Assembly: GCF_009834535.1 (NCBI RefSeq)
Contig: NC_045697.1
Location: forward strand, 111,788,001 to 111,852,000
Direction of reading: 5' to 3'
DNA length: 64,000 nt
DNA from: Camelus ferus
Lineage: Eukaryota
Shown here in pieces: positions 38,251-50,260 of this stretch. The notes under the pieces are model-generated. The model ran no database searches, was not told the DNA's origin, and saw only the letters and a list, made by a program, of their open reading frames with translations. A program made the translations under genes and the position numbers. Numbering within the stretch: the first letter of the stretch is position 1; every line of letters starts with the position of its first letter.

Positions 38251-39429
38251 ATCAAGTTTATGACACCATCCAATACTTTGGAAAGTCCTGGCTTTGCTTC
38301 TCTCCAGTGAAATTGCTCAGCAGTCTTGGCCTGTCCCTTCAGAGCTTGTTGGAATTCCATCTGCCCCTGGAAAGAGGTGTTTCTGGAGTCTGGCGTCACC
38401 TCTGCTTTGTGCATTTCCAAGGGCTTTCTGCAGTTGTCCACGTGGCAGACCCTCAGGCAGCTGACAAGCTCTCAGGAGCAGCCCCTCCCCTTCAGGCGGT
38501 GGGGGATCTGGGGGTGTTGGAGCCGGTGGGGGAGGGGCTATGCCGGAGCATCACCAGCACAGGCAGGGGAGCAGGAGGCCCTGGATGCAGTAAATCAGAA
38601 GTTTTCCTTGGGGAGGCCTTGAATGTAGTTAAAGAAGTCCCACTGGTGACGCTGACGTTCTGTGGGTTCCTCAGTAATCCTGAGTGTCGGCCTCCGGATC
38701 TGACCTTCTCAAATCTCTGTGTTCCTAGAAGACTTAAGTTACTGTAGCAGGGTCGCCTCCAGGCCGTCCCCTCCCTGACAGCCCAGTCCCTCCTGTGTCC
38801 GTCACACCTGTCGAGCGCTCCTGTCCATGAACTCTGACCCGCAGCCTGGGACCCGAGGATCCCAGCACCTTCCCCACAGGCGGCAGCTGTGGTCCCCATG
38901 GAGGGCGATGGGCCCAGAGGGAAGGTTCCCTGGTGTCCACGAGGACAGCCGTCCACTCCGAGGACAGCAGGAAGGTTTTCTCACTCAGGAGCACACAGGC
39001 CTGCACTCCAGAGCCATCCTGCTTAAAAGTGTTTCAGGGAACAATGAGATGGTGCCGATGCCAGAAAAGTCTCCCCAGGTGGAAGCATCACATGGTGGCC
39101 TCCTCCCTCTGTTTCCCTTTCTAGACGAATCCTGATTAATGGCTTTTGATGAACCTTCCCAAGTAGTCTGTACACACAAAACTCAGCGTGCGTGGTGTCC
39201 ACTTTGTACAGAACACTCCCTGTGTGTATCTGCAAGCGAGGGCAATTTGTGGCATCTTCAACTTCCTATTTGCACTTATTTTTTCCTTCATTGCACTGCG
39301 TTGGTAAAACGTGTTGCCAACACTAAGAACATAGTGTAAGTGGAACCCATCTTTCCTGAGGCCCCCATAGGCTACCCTCTCCTCTAAACTAATGTTCCCT
39401 GATGATTTGTCCCCTAGTTATCGCTGAAT

Positions 39430-40150
39430 ACGGCTATCAGTTTAGCAATTAAAACCAAGTTTGATTATTAACACAAGGTCCTTGTGGATTTTATTGGGAT
39501 TTCATGGATGCTGCAATCCAAACTGGAGAGAACTGAAACTTACGCTGATCATCCAATGCGTGGGGTTTTGCTGTATTTTTACATTTGTAAGTGTCTTCTT
39601 TAATCTCTTCAGCTGAATGTTTATGATTTTGTTCATGAAACTTTTGCTTTTCATGTTTAGACTCATTAAAACCTATTTCACATTTTGATACAGTTGTAAA
39701 AGATTCACTTTGACTCCTTTTTCTTTACTGAAGTGGAGTTGCTGCACAATATTATGTAAGTGAGGGCTGCACAATATAGTGATTCACAATTTTCAACGGT
39801 TGGACTCCTTTTGTAGTTACTATATAATGTTGGCTATGTTTCCCGAGTTGTACTGTTTATACTTGCAGCTTCTTTATCCGTCAGAGCTTGTACCTCTTTC
39901 CGCCTCCCCCTTCGCACCCCTCCCCCTTCCTCTCCCCACTGTGACCACTAGTTTGTTTCTGTATTTGTGAGGAAGAGATTCACTTTCAGCACTACATTTT
40001 CCTGTTTGTTGCTCACATGTTGATATACTTAAAAAATATATATGTATTGATTTTTACAAAATAACCCTTGCCATAATCCCCTGAAGCCTTTACAATTTTT
40101 CTTTAGTTCCTTCGAGTTTCCTAAAAGACAGTCATATCTTTTGCAGATAA
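39430..40150 (-). mobile_element. L1 fragments (duplicated at ~47710-48445)
   Basis: Reverse L1 end (actgaagtggagttg...caatattatgtaagt, gtgaccactagtttgtt) nested in older L1-like DNA. Confidence 0.6.
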
Positions 40151-40189
40151 TGAGAGCTTGGTCTTTTCTCAGTGCCTGGGCCTCTTCCA

Positions 40190-40400
40190 GCATCAGCGTC
40201 CTGAGCTGGTAGCCGCTCTGGCGGGGGACGTGACACCCAGGCTCTCAGGCCTCGGCGACCTCCCCACCAATCACAGCATCCCCAGCGGGCCGCTCCGGTT
40301 CCGTGCTCGCGTAGTGACGTCTGTGGAGCTAGACTGCATCGCCTCTGAATTCTCCTGGCCACAGGACGTTGAGCCTGAATTCAGGAGCCTTTGTAGGGTG
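40190..40400. promoter_or_regulatory. Small CpG-rich promoter-like patch (duplicated at ~48480-48680)
   Basis: GGCGGGG, GACGTGAC, CCAAT (40267-40271) and TGACGTCT CRE-like (40315-40322) clustered within otherwise AT-rich L1-derived DNA. Confidence 0.4.
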
Positions 40401-40437
40401 TCCTCTCAGTTTATGGTAAATGGAGGCAGTAGAGGAG

Positions 40438-40537
40438 NNNNNNNNNNNNNNNNNNNNNNNNNNNNNNNNNNNNNNNNNNNNNNNNNNNNNNNNNNNNNNN
40501 NNNNNNNNNNNNNNNNNNNNNNNNNNNNNNNNNNNNN
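40438..40537. other. Assembly gap (100 N)
   Basis: Run of exactly 100 N, the usual placeholder for a gap of unknown size. Confidence 0.99.
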
Positions 40538-43500
40538 ACAAATTTTCTGTTCAATCTTAAGGGAATGATAATCAAGATGTTACATAATTTTGTGAAAAAA
40601 CAGCAACAACAAAAAAACCCCAAGCATTGAAGCAGGTCATTGGTTTGAATCAACCACTTACAAGGTGATTGAGTTCATGGCTGGCTGTAATATTAACGCC
40701 ATGACAATTAAGTTTTAATACAAGCAAAGTACATAAAACAGTGCCTGGAACTTGGAAAGAACAAAGTACAGATCAACTAATTCTATTTCAAGCAATGATC
40801 TTTCTCTCATCTGTAACATGGGAGGGAAACTAGACGCAGTGGAGAAGGCAAAACGCAGAAGCCTGGTTATTTTACCCACTGCACTGCATTCCGAAAACAG
40901 CTATTCCACAGTAAGCATACCTTCTGAACCCAGAGACTTAAAGAATCTTTTCCTTTGTCTCCTCTCTTCTCAACAAGAAGCCGTTTGTCATTTGCTTGCA
41001 TCCCTTTCTAAGTGTCTCCAGATGTGGGTGATTCCCTGCCTTCCTTCCCTAGCTCTCTTCTCAGTTGGCATCTTTGGTTCTTCGGTCCAAGGCTCCCAGG
41101 CAGAATAGGGTCCACCGCACAGTTACAGCCCCCATCACACAGCCTTGGGGGAGCAGCGTGGGCGGGGCAGCAGGTCCAGTCTTCCTTGCGTGCCTGAGAG
41201 CAAACCTCTCAGTTGGGAGACTGAGAATTCTGACATGTTCTGCCTGTTGCTCCTGGTAACTTGATTCACAAGAGGTTGAAGACTGTCAGATGTGCATTTC
41301 TAACCCTGCCTGCTTCCTGATCTCCTAACAAGGCATCTCATTTAGTTACTCATGTATCAGACTTTTTATGAGCTCTAATTGCAGGTGGGGCATTGAACGA
41401 GAACCCTGGATGCACAGATTCCATCTGGAATCCCCACCACTAGAGAACTAACAGTCCAGAAAATGGAGAGACACGAACTACATGGTTTAAGGATTTCCTC
41501 CATCTGGATGGCTGTCCATTCAAGGAAGAAGATGAACGTTTTTCTTTACCTTTTTTTTTAAAATTGTTTTTGTTGTATAAGGGGAGGTAATTGGATTTAT
41601 TTACTTGTTTATATTTACAGGAGGTAGTGGGGATTGATCCCAGGACCCCGTGCATGTTAAGCATGCACTCTACCACTTAAGCTAAACCCTCCCCCTAAAT
41701 TTTTTTTTTTAATCAGCAACTGCATGAAATGGTTTCTAGCAATTTCCTGGTGAATGCCAAATAGACTTAGGTGTTTTGAAATTTTTAAAGTTATATTAAA
41801 TTTTAGTAAAAATTTAGCATAGCCCAAAAAATCCTATGGACCCACAGAAGAACCAGAATTGCCAAACAATCTTGAGGAAAAAGAATGAAGCTGGAGGGAC
41901 AACCCATCTAGACTTCAGATGATTCTACAGAGCTACAGTAATCACCACAGGGGAGTATTGGCACAAAAGCAGACATACTGATCAATGGAACACAACAGAG
42001 AGCCCAAAAAGAAACTTGCACACCTACAGGTTTTTAATCCTGGACAAAGGAGACAAGAGGAAAAGCTTAAGGCTGCATACCATTCAATTAAGTTAGAACA
42101 CTCTAACACCATTCAGGAACATGAACTCAAATGGCTTAAAGGCTTAAATATAAGACATGACACCATAAACTAGCAGAGAACACAGGCAAAACATTCTCTC
42201 ACATAAATCATAGCATTATTTTCTTAGGGCAGTCTCCCAAGGCAGAAGAAATAAAAGCAAAAATAACAAATTGGACCTAATCAAACTTCATGCTTTTGCA
42301 CAATGAAGGAAACAATAAACAAAACCAAAGGACAACCTATAGATTGAGTGAAAATATTTGCAAATGATGCAACTGACAAGGGCTTAATTTCCAAAAAATA
42401 GAAACAGATGGTAAAACTCAATTTAAAAAGTAATTTAAAAATGGGCAGAAGATGTAAATAGGCACATCTCCAAAGGAGACATCCAAATGGCCATCAGGCA
42501 CATGAAATATGATCAACATTGTTAATTACTGGAGAAATGGAAATGAGGTATCTCCTCACACCTGTCAGACAGCCATAATCAAAATGTCAACAATAATAAA
42601 TGCTGGAGAGGATGTGGAGAAAAGGGCACCCTCCTACACTTTTGGTGGGAATGTAAATTGATGCAGCCACTATGGAAAACAGTATGGGGCTCCTTTAAAA
42701 AACTAAAAAGAGAGTTACCATGTGATCCAGTAATCTCAGTCCTAGGCATATATCCAGAAAAGACGAAAACTCTAACTAGAAAAGGTACATGCACCCGATG
42801 TTCACAGCAATACTATTTCTAATAGCCAAGATGTGGAAGCAACGTAAATGTCCATCAAGTGATGACTAGATGAGGAAGATACAGCATATATCTATATCTG
42901 CAACAGAATATTACTCAGCCAAAAGAAAGAAAAAATGCAATTTGTAGGAACATGGAAGACCCTAGAGATTATTATACTAAGTGAAGTCAGACAGAGAAAG
43001 ACAAATACTATTTATCACTTATATGTAGAATCTAAAAAATAGTAAAAATGAACTTATTAGCAAACCAGAAACAGATTCATGGACGTAGAAAACAATTTTA
43101 TAGTTACCAAAGTGGAAGGAAGGGGAGAGAGAGATTTGGAGTATAAGATTAACTGCTATGTACTATCATTTATAAAGTAGATAAACAACAAGGCTTTACT
43201 GTGTAGTACCAGAAACTACATTCAATATCTTGTAAGAGACTATAACGGAAATAATTAAAGAAGGAATATATATATATATGTATATCACTGAATCACTTTG
43301 ATGTACAACTAAAACTAACAACAAAATTGTAAATCAACTATACTTCAATTTACAAAAAGACAAATTAGATATTTTATGGTAGAAATTTGGCAAGAACCAG
43401 TACCATGAAACATTTATTTTTTTTTTAAATATTAAAATGTCAAGGAATTTATAATAGATTCCCAAACCTTTCCTGGGAGAAAAGACCACAAACACAGTAT

Positions 43501-44043
43501 TATAATTTTAGAAAATAAAGTCTAAAACTAGCTGTATCATGGTAGTTGAAAAACACACAAAAATATACCCTGCCTCCTGGGACCCAAATACCTAAAAACC
43601 TAGGTACACTATTCTAAGGAGTGTTCTGGTCAACCCACTGAGGCAAAACCCAAGTTCTCAAAATGTACCTCTGTATCAAGACTGCTAATGCCACAAACAT
43701 ACTGAAAGGGAAAGAGATGGTTATTATCTCTCACAAAGACTTTGTGTGCAGTCAGGACGGCCACCAAACCAAGGATGTCTTGAGAAGGGAGAAATGTCAT
43801 GAGCTTGGGGAGTTAGTGCAGAGGGAGTTCCTCTGCAGAAGAGCCTTCCTGGGTGAGAACCGCCTTGCTCAGCCAAGGCTGTCTTAACAGCTTGCCCAGA
43901 TGTGGGGCAGAGGGGAGGCCCGAGGTTGAGGGTGAAAAGACATCAGCAGTCAGACATCAAAGATGGACTCAGGCTCTTTATTTCAAGGACTTGCCAAGAA
44001 CACAGGAAGAACGTGGATCATACGGAAAGTCTCCCAAGGTGGC

Positions 44044-45423
44044 TCAGCGCTCATCTTCAACTATACTTATTGTAAGTGATTTAGAAAAAGGTCTATTGAG
44101 AAATAGGGCATAAGTTTTTATGTAAAAATTTCACTGAATGTATATAAATGTGATTGATCATTCAAATTGTAAAATGAAATTTCTCCCAAATCATAGTCCA
44201 GAAAAACGCCAATCCAACAGGCATTTCCTGAAACCCGTGTGTCATGTGTGGTTGCCCAGAGCTGAATTTGCCAGCAGCCATTGCTTGGGGAAGGTGACAC
44301 AAGAGAATTTCTAGGGAAAGATTCTTTACACACCCCTAAGGACCATTCCCCACTGCCTCTGCCTTCTACCTGCCAAAAATGCCTGCCAGCATCAAAACCC
44401 TCCGAACTCAGGACAGCGGGCTAAGAGGTAAACACTTGGGAGGATGAACACAGTTTGGTTCCATCCTTTGAAAGGTTGCAGTTTTCTGATCTTGTGAAAT
44501 TCGGAGGCTCTGGTGAGCAGTTTCAGGCTCCAGCGTCAAATGCACATGAAAGTTGCTAATCATTTTGTGCAAGCCAAAATACTGTGGGGGGAGTGAAAAC
44601 CTCCTTCTTCACTTCAGACCAAAAGGCTGCTGGGCTCTCTAAATTTTCATAGCTTCTGTGGATTCTTTCAATGCCTGTGAGTAAATCCAGGTCAGTCTGG
44701 GAACACTTGTTGGTTATTTCATAAAGCAGACTTTTCAACGTGGATCCGTGGTCTGATATTTGGATTTTTTTCCCAGTTATTTTGTCTACAACACTCTTTT
44801 CTTCATTTAGCAGCTTAACATGAATTTCGTCATGCTCTGTTCCCAAGAAACGCTTAAAGTGTTCAACTTCAGAGTGCAGTTTGCTCCTTTGATTCTCCAT
44901 GTTGGACACCAACTCAAATGACTTGGAGACTTGCATTTCTAAGCCCTTTTCAGCAGCTTCCAGCTGCTCTGTCAGGGCTCCAGGTAGCCCTTGAGCCTCC
45001 TCCTGTGACACACTGCAGCTTGCTCCACGGGCACCAGGGGGTGGTGGCGGTGCTCAGAGGAGAGCCTGCACTGGGGACACAGCAGCTCCAGGTCCTCCTC
45101 ACAGAACAGGCTCAGGGCCTGACTGTGCTTCTCACACAGGGGGGCCTCCCCCTGCCGGCCCCTCTTGGCCCTCGTGCTGGGAAGCTGCCTCACAGCGTCA
45201 GCCAGGTGGCTTAACTGGCTGTTCCTCCTGCAGCTGCGCTCAGGGCAGGGCTGCAGGCAGAGCGGGCAGGGGAAGAGGTCCCGGAGCCCCTCCCAGCGCT
45301 GCTGGAGGCAGGCGTGACAGAAGTTGTGCCCACAGCCCGTGGTCACCGGGTCCGTCAGGCAGTCCAGGCAGATGGGGCAGCTGGCCTCCGCGTGCAGCTG
45401 GCCAGGGAGGCCGCCAGGGCCAT
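44044..45423 (-). pseudogene. TRIM60-like paralog, copy B (near-identical to copy A)
   Basis: Colinear with the intact gene; 1380 nt. Private deletions (~44591 2 nt, ~44976, ~45400) plus the same SPRY lesions as copy A. Confidence 0.88.
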
Positions 45424-48400
45424 CGTGCCGGGAGGGTCCTGTCAGGGGAGACGCCCTCAGAAAAAGCCCGGCTCTCCAGGGGCTGGGACAGGGACAAGCT
45501 TCCGACCCGTCACCTTCTCTCTGGCCTTCACGCCCGCCGTGGGTCTCCCAGGACCCAGGGAGCTTGTGGTGCAGTGGGGCCGCGTCCTGCCCCTTCCTTC
45601 ACCTCCACAGCCGCAGCCGCAGGGCCCGGAGCCCCAGGAGCCTCCGCTGCCTTGGGCACCTTGGTCCCTTTCACTCGGTGGCCGGAAATCGAGGCCTGAG
45701 AGGTAGTCCTCTCCTTCAGGGACAGCCCAGCTCCAGGTGGCCGTGAGGATCCCAGCGTGGGCAGTCAGCACATCCAGACGTGGGCCAGTCTCTCGCCACA
45801 GGCTCAGCAGCTCCTTCCAGAAAATGCTAACACGGGGGAAAGAACACGCATTAAGGAGATAAACACCATGTACATAATAGGCAGTGTTTTTTAACCAGTT
45901 TTTTCCTGGATTCAAACACATACATTTCCAAACAGAAAGGAATTGTAGTCAGTTAGGACAGCAGAGCCTGGTAATGGTTAATTAATGTGATTTAGTTAAT
46001 ACAGAGACTTAATACTAGAGAGATACAGAGTATAGTATTTACAAAAAAAAGGAAAAAAACCCTGTGATACGAAGAACACACTTCACAGCGACGAGGAGCC
46101 CAGTTGTCCCCACCTCAGGCCCCCGGGGGATTCCGTCCCCACGCGGAGTCTGCCACTTGCCTGCCCAGCTCCCGGGTCCTGGCTCTGTGCTGGGGGAGCT
46201 GCGCTGTGTCCTCAAGGCCCCGGCGTGCCTTCCACTCCCACACTGGGGACTCTGGTCTCCTCTCTTCCTCTCAGAGCAGATGACCTTCCTCCATGCAGTC
46301 TGAGCACTCGACACAGCCCGGGTTCTCAGTTCACTACTGGGGCCAGAATGTGTCCCCTTGGGCTTTATAAATGCCTGGAGGGAGGGTCCTCTCCTTCACT
46401 CCCATTGGACAGAGCTCGGATGCAGTCAGCCTTGGGAACCTCCCATCCTCCTCTGATTGCATCTTCTATCCAGTGTAGGATAAGACACACCCACCTTAAT
46501 CCCCTCTAGCTAATTCCATCAGAGATCAAGTTTATGACACCATCCAATACTTTGGAAAGTCCTGGCTTTGCTTCTCTCCAGTGAAATTGCTCAGCAGTCT
46601 TGGCCTGTCCCTTCAGAGCTTGTTGGAATTCCATCTGCCCCTGGAAAGAGGGTGTTTCTGGAGTCTGGCGTCACCTCTGCTTTGTGCATTTCCAAGGGCT
46701 TTCTGCAGTTGTCCACGTGGCAGACCCTCAGGCAGCTGACAAGCTCTCAGGAGCAGCCCCTCCCCTTCAGGCTGGTGGGGGATCTGGGGGGTGTTGGAGC
46801 CGGTGGGGGAGGGGCTATGCCGGAGCATCACCAGCACAGGCAGGGGAGCAGGAGGCCCTGGATGCAGTAAATCAGAAGTTTTCCTTGGGGAGGCCTTGAA
46901 TGTAGTTTAAGAAGTCCCACTGGTGACGCTGACGTTCTGTGGGTTCCTCAGTAATCCTGAGTGTCCGCCTCCGGATCTGACCTTCTCAAATCTCTGTGTT
47001 CCTAGAAGACTTAAGTACTGTAGCAGGGTCGCCTCCAGGCCGTCCCCTCCCTGACAGCCCAGTCCCTCCTGTGTCACCGTCACACCTGTCGAGCGCTCCT
47101 GTCCATGAACTCTGACCCGCAGCCTGGGACCCGAGGATCCCAGCACCTTCCCCACAGGCGGGCAGCTGTGGTCCCCATGGAGGGCGATGGGCCCAGAGGG
47201 AAGGTTCCCCTGGTGTCCACGAGGACAGCCGTCCACTCCGAGGACAGCAGGAAGGTTTTCTCACTCAGGAGCACACAGGCCTGCACTCCAGAGCCATCCT
47301 GCTTAAAAGTGTTTCAGGGAACAATGAGATGGTGCCGATGCCAGAAAAGTCTCCCCAGGTGGAAGCATCACATGGTGGCCTCCTCCCTCTGTTTCCCTTT
47401 CTAGACGAATCCTGATTAATGGCTTTTTGATGAACCTTCCCAAGTAGTCTGTACACACAAAACTCAGCGCTTGCGTGGTGTCCACTTTGTACAGAACACT
47501 CCCCTGTGTGTATCTGCAAGCGAGGGCAATTTGTGGCATCTTCAACTTCCTATTTGCACTTATTTTTCTCCTTCATTGCACTGCGTGGTAAAACGTGTTG
47601 CCAACACTAAGAACATAGTGTAAGTGGAACCCATCTTTCCTGAGGCTCCCCCATAGGCTACCCTCTCCTCTAAACTAATGTTCCCCTGATGATTTGTCCC
47701 CTAGTTTATCGCTGAATACGGCTATCAGTTTAGCAATTAAAACCAAGTTTGATTATTAACACAAGGTCCTTGTGGATTTTATTGGGGATTTCATGGATGG
47801 CTGCAATCCAAACTGGAGAGAACTGAAACTTACTCTGAGTCATCCAATGCGTGGGGTTTTGCTGTATTTTTTACATTTGTAAGTGTCTTCTTTAATCTCT
47901 TCAGCTGAATGTTTATGATTTTGTTCATGAAAACTTTTGCTTTTCATGTTTAGACTCATTAAAACCTATTTCACATTTGATACAGTTGTAAAAGATTCAC
48001 TTTTGACTCCTTTTTCTTTACTGACGGGGAGTTGCTGCACAATATTATGTAAGTGAGGGCTGCACAATATAGTGATTCACAATTTTCAACGGTTGGACTC
48101 CTTTGTAGTTACTATATAATGTTGGCTATGTTTCCCGAGTTGTACTGTTTATACTTGCAGCTTCTTTATCCGTCAGAGCTTGTACCTCTTTCCGCCTCCC
48201 CTTCGCACCCCTCCCCCCCTTCCCCTCTCCCCACTGTGACCACTAGTTTGTTCTCTGTATTTGTGAGAAGAGATTCACTTTCAGCACTACATTTCCTGTT
48301 TGTTGCTCACATGTTGATATACTTAAAAAATATATATGTATTGATTTTTTACAAAATAACCTTGCCATAATCCCCTGAAGCCTTTACAATTTTCTTTAGT

Positions 48401-49374
48401 TCCTTCGAGTTTCCTAAAAGACAGTCATATCTTTTGCAGATAATGAGAGCTTGGCTTCTTTCTCTCAGTGCCTGGGCCTCTTCCAGCATCAGCGTCCTGA
48501 GCTGGTAGCCGCTCTGGCGGGGACGTGACACCCAGGCTCTCAGGCCTCGGCGACCTCCCCCACCAATCACAGCATCCCCAGCGGGCCGCTCCCGGTTCCG
48601 TGCTCGCGTAGTTGACGTCTGTGGAGCTAGACTGCATCGCCTCTGAATTCTCCTGGCCACAGGACGTTGAGCCTGAATTCAGGAGCCTTTGTAGGGTCCT
48701 CTCAGTTTATGGTAAATGGAGGCAGTAGAGGAGGAATAAGTTAATGAACTTAAAAGAAACAGCACAAAAATGTGGGAATACTGTCGAACAATGACCTGGT
48801 CTCCTCAACAGGTAAATGATGGGGTTAAAATGAAAAAAAAAAAAAAAAAAAAAAAGACAGAGAGAGTTGAAACTGCAAAAAATTTGTACATGTCAAACAT
48901 GAAACTTCTTAGCATCCTGATTTGAGGAAACCAACTTTAAAAGATATTCATGAGCCCAACTGGGGATTTTGAATCCATATTAGATAGTAAATGCTATAAG
49001 GGGGTGGTGACTTGTTTTCTAGGTACTGTAGAGGCTTTATTTTAAATGTCCATATTTAGTTGGGTTGAGGGAGACAGGTGTGTAATGAGAGTAACCAAAA
49101 AGGGAAGAAAAGAAAATGAATTAATGAAACTTTAATAAATGTTGAATGTGAGTTGATGGAAATTTTTTTTTAATACACGCTTCTCTGCTTCTCTGTATCT
49201 CTGAGATTTTTCATGATAATTAGTTTTACAGTGGACTGAGAGGTACAAACTAAACTCAGCTGCATAAGGAATGAGAATGAGGAATGGACTGTGGTACCTC
49301 AGAATTGTCTGTAATACTAAATTTTTCTGAGTATTAAATATTGAATCAAATGTGACCAAATTGTATCAGGTATC

Positions 49375-49615
49375 AGTGATACATGATTAGTTCCTCATGA
49401 GCTTGGTGAGGAAGCATGTATGAAGGAAAAGTTAGTAATGCTGATCCTGTCTTTATATAAGATTTTGACATTTTGTTCATCATGGATCTTTTACATTGAT
49501 TTTGATTTTTAAAAATATTCCGAAGTATCGGTCTTGATTCCTGAGTGTTTCGGCACCCTTCCAATTGTGCTCCTGGGCTGAGTCCCTGGCTTGCCTCCCC
49601 CTGGACCAGCCCTGC
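49375..49615 (-). mobile_element. hAT-type DNA transposon fossil (ORSL-like)
   Basis: ctgatcctgtctttat..aagattttgacattttgttcatcatggat...tcttgatt.ctgag...ccagccctg. Confidence 0.55.
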
Positions 49616-49785
49616 CACTCAGCATGTGGAGCAGGGCTGGGGCCCTGGCTGGACGGCAGTGACTGTGGACGCAGCAGAATCTTGTCTTCCTTCACCACCC
49701 GCCCACCTGCCCCAGGCCCTCCCCCTGCACGGAGGGAACCCTGGCTCTGCCCTCCCTTCCCACAAGTTCTATCTCTCCTCCGTCC

Positions 49786-50260
49786 CTGTCAGCACTCTTA
49801 AGCCAACGACCAGGAATCGCCTGCATTGAGCACCTGGTTCACTGCTGTGGGCAACGGAGAACAGACCCCATGGGGAATTCTAGAGCACCACAGGAGGGGG
49901 GTGTTAGAAAGCGTTATGTTAGGATTTGGGTCTGTTATGTGACTTGGGGAAGGGTTAGGGACGCTGCCGTGACAGGATGCTGCCAGGAGGAGATGTCATT
50001 CTATGATTGGGGTGTCTTGCTAACCCTCCTGCAGAAGGAAGGAAGGCTAGAGGCTGACGCTGTGACGGGCAAAGTCACAGCCGTCACTCCTGTGGGCCAG
50101 GACAGGGGGGTCTGTCCTGGGTGTTGGGTCATTTCTGTGGTTTGAGGAATATTCATGTTTTGTCTGCGCCTGGACTTGGGTCTAGAGTGCTCTTGTTTCA
50201 TCTTGTCCACCAGAGTCACAGAGTGGCCGTAAGGGACGACGGTGCTGCTCTGTGACATTG
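49786..50260 (-). mobile_element. Old ERV1-type LTR
   Basis: gggtgttagaaag..ttat..taggatttggg...tctatgattggg...gtcacagagtggcc pattern; subfamily not assigned. Confidence 0.5.

Larger units (their letters stand above)
32240..48733 (+). repeat. ~8.2 kb direct duplication (32240-40437 and 40538-48733) separated by an assembly gap
   Basis: Identical ORF translations at offsets of ~8.28 kb (32720/41012, 35389/43663). Sequence after the gap restarts at the 32240 sequence, and the pre-gap end (ggcagtagaggag) recurs at 48721-48733. Confidence 0.97.
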
